From: an uncultured Mollicutes bacterium
Lineage (GTDB): Bacteria; Bacillota_I; Bacilli_A; RF39; UBA660
Direction: 5' to 3'
NCBI GenBank assembly: GCA_947652375.1
Contig: CANTCS010000001.1
Span: 68,257 to 132,256 of the forward strand
DNA: 64,000 bases
In this document: piece by piece, positions 19,426 through 27,347 of the stretch
How the letters are laid out: the number at the start of each line of letters is the position of its first letter
Numbering within the stretch: the stretch's first letter is position 1
Translations under genes and position numbers: made by a program
Notes under the pieces: model-generated
Databases searched by the model: none
Seen by the model: the letters and a program-made list of their open reading frames with translations, nothing else
Told to the model about the DNA's origin: nothing

Positions 19426-19986
19426 TCATATTTCTTGTTCTAATTCTTCATCAAACGGATCTTTTAAATAAGAAATATCATTTTCTTCTTTATATTTATT
19501 TTCAAGAATCCAATTAAGATTTTTGGAAATATCACAATCTTCTCTTAATAACAGCCCTTGCCATATTCCTTTTAAATGATTTATCCCATTTAAAAACTTA
19601 ATTCCCGTTCCTCCAGCATCTTTCCAATCTAACAAATTCTTTGTATGATCATCAATTAAATAATCATAAGATGTAATTTTGTTGGGAATATATTTATATT
19701 TACATTCACCATAAGGAACAAAAATTCTATTTTCTTTTTTCAATTCAGGAAGATACTTATCAAGCCAAGAATTCTTTTCTTCTAAAGCAAAAGCACTATC
19801 ACTTAAAAAAGAGGAAAGAATAAAAACATTCTCTCCTTCCTTAATAAGTCTTTTAGTTTCATTTAAAATATGCTCATTAGGTCTTAATGATTCATAATAG
19901 CCTTGTTGATATAATTCGTAATTAGAAGTAACATTTTTCCATTCAGCAAGAGTACCATCCATATCAATAAAGATCCTAGTATTCAT
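19426..19986 (-). CDS. HAD-superfamily 5'(3')-deoxyribonucleotidase (NT5C-like)
   Basis: N-terminal IFIDMDGTLAEW (DxDxT nucleophile motif) and a downstream LIDDH motif. Size is typical of NT5C-type enzymes. Confidence 0.6.
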   Translation of the reverse strand: MNTRIFIDMDGTLAEWKNVTSNYELYQQGYYESLRPNEHILNETKRLIKEGENVFILSSFLSDSAFALEEKNSWLDKYLPELKKENRIFVPYGECKYKYIPNKITSYDYLIDDHTKNLLDWKDAGGTGIKFLNGINHLKGIWQGLLLREDCDISKNLNWILENKYKEENDISYLKDPFDEELEQEI

Positions 19987-19988
19987 TG

Positions 19989-20357
19989 TTATGCCATACC
20001 CATTTCTGGCTCTACATCATCATGTGATTGTTCATGTTCTTTACTTCTTGAAGAAAGAAAAGTAACCTTTTCAGCAACTATATTCATGAATTTTTTTCTT
20101 TCACCATCTTTAGTATAAGAATTACTTTGTATTCTTCCTTTAACACCTATAACATCCCCTTTTTTACAATATTCTGCTGTTCGTTCTGCAACCATATCCC
20201 ATAAAGTACAATCTATAAAATCTGTTTCATAAACGCCTTCTTCATTCTTAAATGGTCGTGGTACAGCTATTGTTATATTAGATACATTCTTACCATTTTC
20301 TGTTTCTTTAACTGATGGTTCTTCAACAATTCTTCCTACAAATATTGCTTGATTCAT
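19989..20357 (-). CDS. ssb: Single-stranded DNA-binding protein
   Basis: OB-fold N-terminus NQAIFVGRIVEEPSVKETENGK...DFIDCTLWDMVAE...GDVIGVKGRIQSNSY with an acidic tail. Confidence 0.85.
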   Translation of the reverse strand: MNQAIFVGRIVEEPSVKETENGKNVSNITIAVPRPFKNEEGVYETDFIDCTLWDMVAERTAEYCKKGDVIGVKGRIQSNSYTKDGERKKFMNIVAEKVTFLSSRSKEHEQSHDDVEPEMGMA

Positions 20358-20375
20358 AATTTTATTTCTCCTTTT

Positions 20376-21419
20376 CTATTTTTCTATTTCTTCTAAATCT
20401 TCTTCTACCTCTTCATTTTTTATCTTTTCTAAATCATGATGGTAAAGTTCGTTTTTTCCATAAGTTATTGATGTTATATTTGAAAAATTAAATTCTTCTG
20501 TCCATCTACTTGTTTCTTCTTTTGAATTCTCTTTAATGAAATTCGATACTTCTTCATAGGCTTTACCATATCCACTACTTCCCTTGCTATCATTTAATAA
20601 ATCTCTTTTTAAGGAATTATAGTCATATTTAAATGTTAAATTCTTTTCTCCATATTGGATTGTGATATTAACTGTTTTTGCTTCTATATCTTTAATAGAG
20701 TTATATATATCTTTCTTAATATATAAATCATTAAAAATATTATTTTTATTTTCTTTTATAGTATTTAAATACTCGATTTTATCACGAAAAATCAGTAACT
20801 CTAGTCCTAATTCTTCTTTATTATTTCTATAATCATCTATTGTTTCTATAATTTTATTAGCATACTTTTCAATAGTATTTTGCGAATTATTTAAATATTC
20901 AATATCTATATAATGACCTTTATATTCTGGAATATTTGTAAATTCGTAACTTGAATATGACTTTTCAAGTTTTATTATTGGATTCGTTTCTTCTACAAAT
21001 TGATTTCTAACTTCTCGTTTATAAATTTCAATTCTATAATCTTCTAAATGATTATATTTTTCAATAGCAATATCCTTTAATTTATCCTCATTAGCAAAGG
21101 AATATTTTTCAATATAATCTTGAATACCATTCCAAATTTTTTCACCTAGAACTCCAAAACTGCTTTTTTGAATTAAACTATTTTCTTTGGATAATAATTC
21201 ATTTAAATAATAATTACAATTATATAATACTTTATCTTTTGTATCCAAATATCCAGCCACTTCATAATTATCTTGAGATAAATAATTATAATTTCTTTTA
21301 GTATATATAACAATAAATCTATCATCAAATCGTTCTTTATGAACCTTTTGCTGATTATAAGTACCATCAAAAACCAGATCATTAAAATCTGGGTTCAAAA
21401 GAAATCGCTCAATATTCAT
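20376..21419 (-). CDS. Hypothetical protein, tandem paralog 2
   Basis: About 40% identical by eye to 21442..22470. Shared blocks: ELGLELLI, AKTVNITIQYGE, FKY, SNITSITYGK. Confidence 0.45.
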   Translation of the reverse strand: MNIERFLLNPDFNDLVFDGTYNQQKVHKERFDDRFIVIYTKRNYNYLSQDNYEVAGYLDTKDKVLYNCNYYLNELLSKENSLIQKSSFGVLGEKIWNGIQDYIEKYSFANEDKLKDIAIEKYNHLEDYRIEIYKREVRNQFVEETNPIIKLEKSYSSYEFTNIPEYKGHYIDIEYLNNSQNTIEKYANKIIETIDDYRNNKEELGLELLIFRDKIEYLNTIKENKNNIFNDLYIKKDIYNSIKDIEAKTVNITIQYGEKNLTFKYDYNSLKRDLLNDSKGSSGYGKAYEEVSNFIKENSKEETSRWTEEFNFSNITSITYGKNELYHHDLEKIKNEEVEEDLEEIEK

Positions 21420-21441
21420 ATTTTAATAATCACCCTTTTCA

Positions 21442-22470
21442 TTATATTTCTATTTCTAAGTCTTCTTCTATTTCTTTGTTATTATCTAAAATATCTTTGT
21501 TATATAATTCTGTTTTACCATTAGTGATTGATGTAATATGACTAAATAAAAATTCATTTCTCCATTTATCTTGATTATATCCAGTTTTATCATTATCTCT
21601 TAAAAATTCATTTACTTTTCCATAACTATTGTTATAACTAGAAGACGACATTCTACCATTTGTTAGTGATGTTATTAAATCTTGCAATTCATATTTAAAT
21701 GTATAACTATTTTCTCCATATTGAATTGTGATATTAACTGTTTTGGCATCCACATATTTAATAGAATCTAATATTTTTTTACAATCATGTATATCATTAT
21801 ATTCATGATTTTTATTTTCAGTTAATCCTTTTAAATATTCTAGTTTATCATAATAAATTAATAACTCTAAACCTAATTCTTCACCTCTTTTTTCAATAAT
21901 TTTTATTGCCATTTCTTCAATAGTATTTTTTGGGTTATCTAAATAAGAAGTTGTTTTATTTCCGTCATACATATTCATCGCTATATCAGAATCATAAGCA
22001 GGAATTGAAATTTCAATGTCAGATTCCTTTTGCATAATAAAATATTTATTAACCTCTTTTTTGTAATCAAAAAGTCTACTATCATCTTTAGCTTCATACT
22101 TATCCATAGCTAATTTATTTAATTCTTTTTCATGTGAAAAAATATAATCAGAAAGATATTTTTTTAAATCTTCTAAGATTTGTTTATCTAGCTGACTAAA
22201 AGAATTAAATTTAATTACTTGACTTTCTTGAAGCTTATCATGAAGAAAACTATTTGCTTCATATATGCAATGGTCTTTTTTATCATAATAGCCAAATAAA
22301 TCATAAGTAGAACGGCGTTGTCTTAATTCTCTACTATTTTGTTTTCCATAAAGAATGTCAAATCTATCATCATATTTTTCTTTATGAACTTTATACTCAT
22401 GTGCTTGGTAATCAAATAACTCATCATTTAATTTATTATCTAATAAAAAGTTTTCTAATTTACTATACAT
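21442..22470 (-). CDS. Hypothetical protein, tandem paralog 1
   Basis: Paralog of 20376..21419 (KVHKEKYDDRF, ELGLELLIYYDKLEYL, AKTVNITIQYGENSYTFKY). Confidence 0.45.
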   Translation of the reverse strand: MYSKLENFLLDNKLNDELFDYQAHEYKVHKEKYDDRFDILYGKQNSRELRQRRSTYDLFGYYDKKDHCIYEANSFLHDKLQESQVIKFNSFSQLDKQILEDLKKYLSDYIFSHEKELNKLAMDKYEAKDDSRLFDYKKEVNKYFIMQKESDIEISIPAYDSDIAMNMYDGNKTTSYLDNPKNTIEEMAIKIIEKRGEELGLELLIYYDKLEYLKGLTENKNHEYNDIHDCKKILDSIKYVDAKTVNITIQYGENSYTFKYELQDLITSLTNGRMSSSSYNNSYGKVNEFLRDNDKTGYNQDKWRNEFLFSHITSITNGKTELYNKDILDNNKEIEEDLEIEI

Positions 22471-22484
22471 ATTTTCTCCTTTCG

Positions 22485-23063
22485 CTAGTAGTCATAATCC
22501 ATATCATCTTGATCTTCTTCATATTCATCTTCAGGAGATGATGGCTGATTATTATTTGAATTTTGGACATTATTTAATTCTCTGTCCTCTTCTCTTTCTA
22601 TGAAATTAGATACTTCCATGGCATGTGCTTGGAGATTAGGATCTGTTAAACCTTTTCTATATTCATCTACAATATCTTGATTAAAAAAATGAAATTTTCT
22701 TTTTTCTTCTACTTGTTTTTCTTGTAATGATTCATAAGCATGATTTAAAGCAATTTGTTCAGATATTCTTAAATCTTTTGGATTTAAATTATTATCCATA
22801 CAGATAAGTGCTTTATAAAATAAATCTTCATTTTCTTTTTTAAACAAGTTTAACTGATCATACATTATAGTTAAAAATCTTAAACTAACAGCTTGTGATA
22901 CAGTTCTCTCTATTTCTTGACCAAGCTCTTTTTCATAGTGAGTTGCTGGTACTCTAGTAGGTTGTTGCGATTCTGGATTTAAATATTTAAATGTCATATC
23001 TTCAATTAGTTTTGCCATTTCTTTAGGCTTAGACTGAATAAAATCATCATAAAATTTTCTCAT
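22485..23063 (-). CDS. Hypothetical acidic protein
   Basis: 192-aa ORF with the C-terminal tail EDEYEEDQDDMDYDY. No family recognised. Confidence 0.4.
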   Translation of the reverse strand: MRKFYDDFIQSKPKEMAKLIEDMTFKYLNPESQQPTRVPATHYEKELGQEIERTVSQAVSLRFLTIMYDQLNLFKKENEDLFYKALICMDNNLNPKDLRISEQIALNHAYESLQEKQVEEKRKFHFFNQDIVDEYRKGLTDPNLQAHAMEVSNFIEREEDRELNNVQNSNNNQPSSPEDEYEEDQDDMDYDY

Positions 23064-23077
23064 TGTTTTCTCCTTTT

Positions 23078-23425
23078 CTATTTTTCAATATTAATTTCAT
23101 TACTCTTTTCTTTTGTTGATAATTCCTTGTTTTTAATTTGTTGTTGCAAGTTTTTATAGTCTTCCATTTCAATAAGTTCCAACAAATTTTCTGCTTTATC
23201 ACCCGATAAATAAATATATGGTGATGAAAAAGCAAAGGTGTCTTTAATTATATTAATTATTTCTTGTGTTACCACATTAATATCAAATTTACCCTTGCTA
23301 CTTTCTAAAATTCCTCCATCCATATTATGACCTTTTGAATTATAAATTGTGTAATCAACTGTATAACCTTGATTGCATATATGAATGATATTATTCTCAT
23401 TACTAATCACTAATGTATCATTCAT
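23078..23425 (-). CDS. Hypothetical protein
   Basis: 115-aa ORF that overlaps the upstream XRE gene by 8 nt. Confidence 0.4.
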   Translation of the reverse strand: MNDTLVISNENNIIHICNQGYTVDYTIYNSKGHNMDGGILESSKGKFDINVVTQEIINIIKDTFAFSSPYIYLSGDKAENLLELIEMEDYKNLQQQIKNKELSTKEKSNEINIEK

Positions 23426-23756
23426 TGCATAACTCCAAGACTATTATAATTTCGGGTATTATAAATTCTTCTTCTACTTCTTCTTCATCATTAATATCAT
23501 CTAATTCATTAGAGGATTCTTGGCATTCAGTTGATAAATATCCAGCACTTTCTAATAAACTTATAAAATCTATTTTTAATACTCTACACATATTAATTAA
23601 TGTTATAAGATTATAATTTTCTCTTTCTCCATGTTCTATTCTTGATAATTCTGTATCACTAATACCTACTAATGATGCTAGTTTTCTTTTACTATATCCT
23701 AATTTAATTCTTCTATTTCTAAATACTTCAGCTATAAATACATAATTATTTTTCAT
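23418..23756 (-). CDS. XRE-family HTH regulator with an acidic C-terminal tail
   Basis: YSKRKLASLVGISDTELSRIEHGER is a Cro/C1-type HTH. Confidence 0.7.
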   Translation of the reverse strand: MKNNYVFIAEVFRNRRIKLGYSKRKLASLVGISDTELSRIEHGERENYNLITLINMCRVLKIDFISLLESAGYLSTECQESSNELDDINDEEEVEEEFIIPEIIIVLELCNE

Positions 23757-23809
23757 ATCTTATCCTTTCTTTAAGTTCACGATAGTAAACTATTACATCA
23801 AAAAAATAA

Positions 23810-24025
23810 CTACTTTTCTAAATCGTTGTCATCTAATTCTATTTCATAATCATTATTAAATAATTTATCCTGATCAATATCTATATTAAAATCATATTGT
23901 AAGTTTGAAATTACATAAGATATTATTTGACTTTCTAAATCTTCGACTGAATTTATTTCGATTTCACTATTTTTGAAAATTTTTTTATTTTTTTCAAATA
24001 TTTCTTTAATATATTCTTTATTCAT
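23810..24025 (-). CDS. Small acidic hypothetical protein
   Basis: 71-aa ORF. No family recognised. Confidence 0.3.
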   Translation of the reverse strand: MNKEYIKEIFEKNKKIFKNSEIEINSVEDLESQIISYVISNLQYDFNIDIDQDKLFNNDYEIELDDNDLEK

Positions 24026-24027
24026 TA

Positions 24028-24306
24028 TTAAGCTCCATTAAAGCAATTTAAATATATTGATTTGATTTCATTGTAAGCCTTTTGTGTTATTAATGAACCA
24101 TTATTGGAATGTTCATAATTATAGAGCAAATCTTGACATCTCCATAACATTTTAAAGTCATCTTCAGACATATCAAAATCTCTTAAATCAGCATATCCTT
24201 CGTAATTTGAATAATATTCTTTATTACTATAAAAGTCATTTCTAACTTGTTCATTATATAATTTTACGGCTTCTTGATATTCTTCTTCTGTAAAAATCTC
24301 TTTCAT
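24028..24306 (-). CDS. Small hypothetical protein
   Basis: Start moved to ATG 24306 (MKEIFTEEEY) with AAAGGAGAA SD upstream. No family recognised. Confidence 0.35.
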   Translation of the reverse strand: MKEIFTEEEYQEAVKLYNEQVRNDFYSNKEYYSNYEGYADLRDFDMSEDDFKMLWRCQDLLYNYEHSNNGSLITQKAYNEIKSIYLNCFNGA

Positions 24307-24344
24307 ATTTTCTCCTTTTCTATTTTTTACATAATATTTTATAA

Positions 24345-25079
24345 TCATTCTGTTTCTAACTTCATACCTAAATAGATTCCATTTTCATCTTGAATCGGAC
24401 TACACATTCCTGTTTGATTTGTCTTTTTTAATTCATTAGCACAAGCTTCAGCAACATTCATCATGGTATATCCATCAGAGAAAAGAAAATATTTTACTAT
24501 TTTAGTTGAAGGTTTATTTTCAGTGATTGGTTTTTCATTTTGAACTGGATCTTTTGGCTTATTTGTTTCTGTATTACTTGAACTATTATTACTTGGTATT
24601 GATGGCTTTTCTTTTTCTGGTATCGGACTGTTATTAGAAGATGAACCATTGTTATTTTCTAATATTTTTTCTTTTATTAAAACAGAAAGAATTTCCTGAC
24701 TACTATTACCAGAATTATCAGAAACACTATATATAATTGATTGTTCACCAATAATAGAAGTATCAATTTCTTGATATTTAACTTTATCTAATAAATCTCC
24801 ATCTTTGTCATCAATTACACTCTCTATATAATCCAAATAACTTATATCATCCCCTTTCGTGATTTCTATATTATTAACTTTTAATTTAATGATTGGAGCA
24901 ACTTCATCTTTTACAATTACTTCTTCTTTTATTTTTTCGACTTCTGGAGATGAAGTATTATTAAAGTGAAAGTATAAATACAAACTTATTAATAAGATGA
25001 AAAGAAGAATGACAGCAATAATAATCATTCTTTTTCTCTTATATTTTTGATACATAATCAATAATTCTTCATCACTCAT
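24345..25079 (-). CDS. Membrane-anchored protein with an Ig-like (DUF5011-type) domain
   Basis: N-terminal TM (IIIAVILLFILLISLYLYF). The domain APIIKLKVNNIEITKGDDISYLDYIESVIDDKDGDL...YSVSDNSGNSS matches the DUF5011 pattern. An S/N/P-rich linker follows. Confidence 0.5.
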   Translation of the reverse strand: MSDEELLIMYQKYKRKRMIIIAVILLFILLISLYLYFHFNNTSSPEVEKIKEEVIVKDEVAPIIKLKVNNIEITKGDDISYLDYIESVIDDKDGDLLDKVKYQEIDTSIIGEQSIIYSVSDNSGNSSQEILSVLIKEKILENNNGSSSNNSPIPEKEKPSIPSNNSSSNTETNKPKDPVQNEKPITENKPSTKIVKYFLFSDGYTMMNVAEACANELKKTNQTGMCSPIQDENGIYLGMKLETE

Positions 25080-25101
25080 AAATAGTTCTCCCTTCCTATA
25101 A

Positions 25102-25524
25102 CTAATTTACATATTTAAAATTTGGTTTTTCTTTAATAATTACTTGAAGTTCAGCTTTAGTAGTATTTAGTGCAGTATCACTAATTTCATACTCGACTAC
25201 ATACTCTCCTGATTTATTAATATCTAATTCATTATAAATAACCTTATCAGTTAGATTCCCTTCTAAATTGTCAGATGCTTCTTTAATAAAAGCTTTATAA
25301 TTTAGTTCATCTCCTTGATACATTATTACTTTATCTTGTGTGAGAATTAATATTGGAGCAACTTCATCTGCCTTCAATGTTGCTTCGTATGCCTCTTTTT
25401 GAGCTTGTTCTTGCTCATGTGCTTTTAATTTTCTCTGGATAGTTCCTTTATTTAATAACAATGGAACTACAATACATACTAAAATTACAACTATGAAAAT
25501 AAAAATTATCTTACCCTTTTTCAT
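25102..25524 (-). CDS. Membrane-anchored protein with an Ig-like (DUF5011-type) domain
   Basis: N-terminal TM, then APILILTQDKVIMYQGDELNYKAFIKEASDNLEGNLTDKV...YEISDTALNTT. Related to the domain in 24345..25079. Confidence 0.5.
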   Translation of the reverse strand: MKKGKIIFIFIVVILVCIVVPLLLNKGTIQRKLKAHEQEQAQKEAYEATLKADEVAPILILTQDKVIMYQGDELNYKAFIKEASDNLEGNLTDKVIYNELDINKSGEYVVEYEISDTALNTTKAELQVIIKEKPNFKYVN

Positions 25525-25537
25525 ATTTTCTCCTTTT

Positions 25538-27346
25538 CTAATCTAAATATATAAATCCTACTACTGTTAAGCCACTATTCTTACTTGCTTTTCTATAAGC
25601 ATCAAATGAGTTATAAGTTTTTGCTCTTACTAATTCCTCTGCATGTTCATTAGCATATTCAACTTGACTACATGAATCATCGTTACTACAAGCATTGCCC
25701 ACATTGCCTTCACTTATGGTTATACTTTTACCATCATAAGCCTCCACATAAGCAACATGACCAAATTTGTGTCCCATAAGAACAGCAACAGAATTAGTTG
25801 ATGGCTGTGTACCAGTTTTATATCCCATACTTATTGCAGATGTTAACCATGTTTGTGCATTTCCTGTTGGCATCTTCTTACCTGAAACCTCTAATGCTCT
25901 TCCAAATGAATACCAAGTGCATTGCCCTTTAAATCCAGATGTTGCTAAGGTGTTTTTAGAATTATAATTATCACTTTTTAAATTGGCTTTTGTTTCATTT
26001 TTACCATATATAGATATATGAGTAACAAAATCATTACCAAGTAGTTCTGCAAAATCATCAGATTGATATAAAAGTTCCAACATTTCTTTTTGATCATTTG
26101 AAAATGAGGTATCAGTACCATCTGTAATTTTCTTTTTCTTATTAAAATCTGCTATTTTAGAATAATTATTATTAAGCCATTCTAAATAATCTTCATATAC
26201 CCCATTGGTAATAACAAGAACAGGAATAGTGTTTGTTGTTGAATCATCCGAATCTACTTCTTGATATACTACTTCATGTTTTTCAAATAGACCAGCCTGT
26301 TTAAAAGTATTTAATAAATTTTTTTCATTATTATCAAAGTTTATTTCAGCACCAGTAGATTGAATTATTGCTAGTGGTATTCTCCAATCTATTTGACCAT
26401 AATCTCCTTTTACTCCAACTACAATACCATTAGGATTCTGTCTTTTCCAATCATCAACCTGCCTATTATATTCTGATTGAACTGATGTCATATATGATGA
26501 ATAATCTGAAATAGATTTATCATTAGATGAACCACTACCAAAAATAGAGCCAATAGCAACTATAATTAAAATAACAAGTGCAACTGGAATTATAAATTCT
26601 GCTAATGCTGCAAATAAAGATATTAACATTTTTAATAATTTAACTATCACTGTCTTTGCAACCTGCACTAATTTTTTACCGATTGTTTGATTAAATTTCT
26701 TTTTTATTTTATTAGCACCTTTTTTAGTTATTTTATAAGCCTTAGTTTTGACTTTACGACCTATTTTATCATTTATATATTCAGTACCAGTTCCATCATT
26801 AGAAATAGCTTTATTTAATTCTCTGGAGGTTCTTGTAATTGTTCTTCCTGTTTTTGATAGTTTGCTACCAGTCTTACTCATTACTGTTATGGTCTTTGAA
26901 ACCTTACCTTGATTATCATTAAATTTAAATGTCTTTTGTAAAACTTTAGAAGCAGATGTTTTTAACTTACTTACTTTAGTTTTCTCTTCATCATTCCCTA
27001 TTGCTTCATTTTTTTGTGTTCCTTCAGATGATTTATTATCATTTGAATTATTAACATTAGTTTTTATTCTACTGGTAAATTCTTCAGTTTTGTTTTCTTC
27101 TTGAATATTTTCTTTTTCTTGAGTGTTTTCCGAAGTTTTTAATCTGGAATTTACTTCTTTATTATTTGCTTCTTGTTGTTGATTAGTTTCATTTTCAGAA
27201 GTCTTTAAATCTCTTTCTTCTTTAATATCAGATAGTTTTTTTGCTCCTTGATCAACTAAATCAAAAGTTTTAGATGATACTGAAGAAGTAGCAATTGATA
27301 ATCTATCAACTGTCTTCTTAGTATCCCTTTCAGCATTGTTGTTCAT
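25538..27346 (-). CDS. T4SS-associated cell-wall hydrolase (TM segment plus C-terminal CHAP domain)
   Basis: Central TM (FIIPVALVILIIVAIGSIF). C-terminal CHAP motifs GQCTWYSFGRA (Cys) and FGHVAYVE (His). Located next to virB4. Confidence 0.8.
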   Translation of the reverse strand: MNNNAERDTKKTVDRLSIATSSVSSKTFDLVDQGAKKLSDIKEERDLKTSENETNQQQEANNKEVNSRLKTSENTQEKENIQEENKTEEFTSRIKTNVNNSNDNKSSEGTQKNEAIGNDEEKTKVSKLKTSASKVLQKTFKFNDNQGKVSKTITVMSKTGSKLSKTGRTITRTSRELNKAISNDGTGTEYINDKIGRKVKTKAYKITKKGANKIKKKFNQTIGKKLVQVAKTVIVKLLKMLISLFAALAEFIIPVALVILIIVAIGSIFGSGSSNDKSISDYSSYMTSVQSEYNRQVDDWKRQNPNGIVVGVKGDYGQIDWRIPLAIIQSTGAEINFDNNEKNLLNTFKQAGLFEKHEVVYQEVDSDDSTTNTIPVLVITNGVYEDYLEWLNNNYSKIADFNKKKKITDGTDTSFSNDQKEMLELLYQSDDFAELLGNDFVTHISIYGKNETKANLKSDNYNSKNTLATSGFKGQCTWYSFGRALEVSGKKMPTGNAQTWLTSAISMGYKTGTQPSTNSVAVLMGHKFGHVAYVEAYDGKSITISEGNVGNACSNDDSCSQVEYANEHAEELVRAKTYNSFDAYRKASKNSGLTVVGFIYLD

Positions 27347-27347
27347 A

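Noticed and set aside
23047-23235. 62-aa minus-strand ORF overlapping 23078..23425
   Set aside because: It is an out-of-frame overlap with a longer ORF that is translationally coupled to its neighbours. There is no independent support.
16082-24348. Acidic E-x-E-rich C-terminal tails on nearly every protein of the ICE (ELEMEYE, EEDLEEIEK, EDLEIEI, DMDYDY, ...) as a possible T4SS translocation signal
   Set aside because: A simpler explanation is that the genes are packed with overlapping or abutting stops and starts. The purine-rich SD of each downstream gene (GGAG/GAGG/GAAGG) is then embedded in the last codons of the upstream gene, which forces Glu/Gly/Lys codons.
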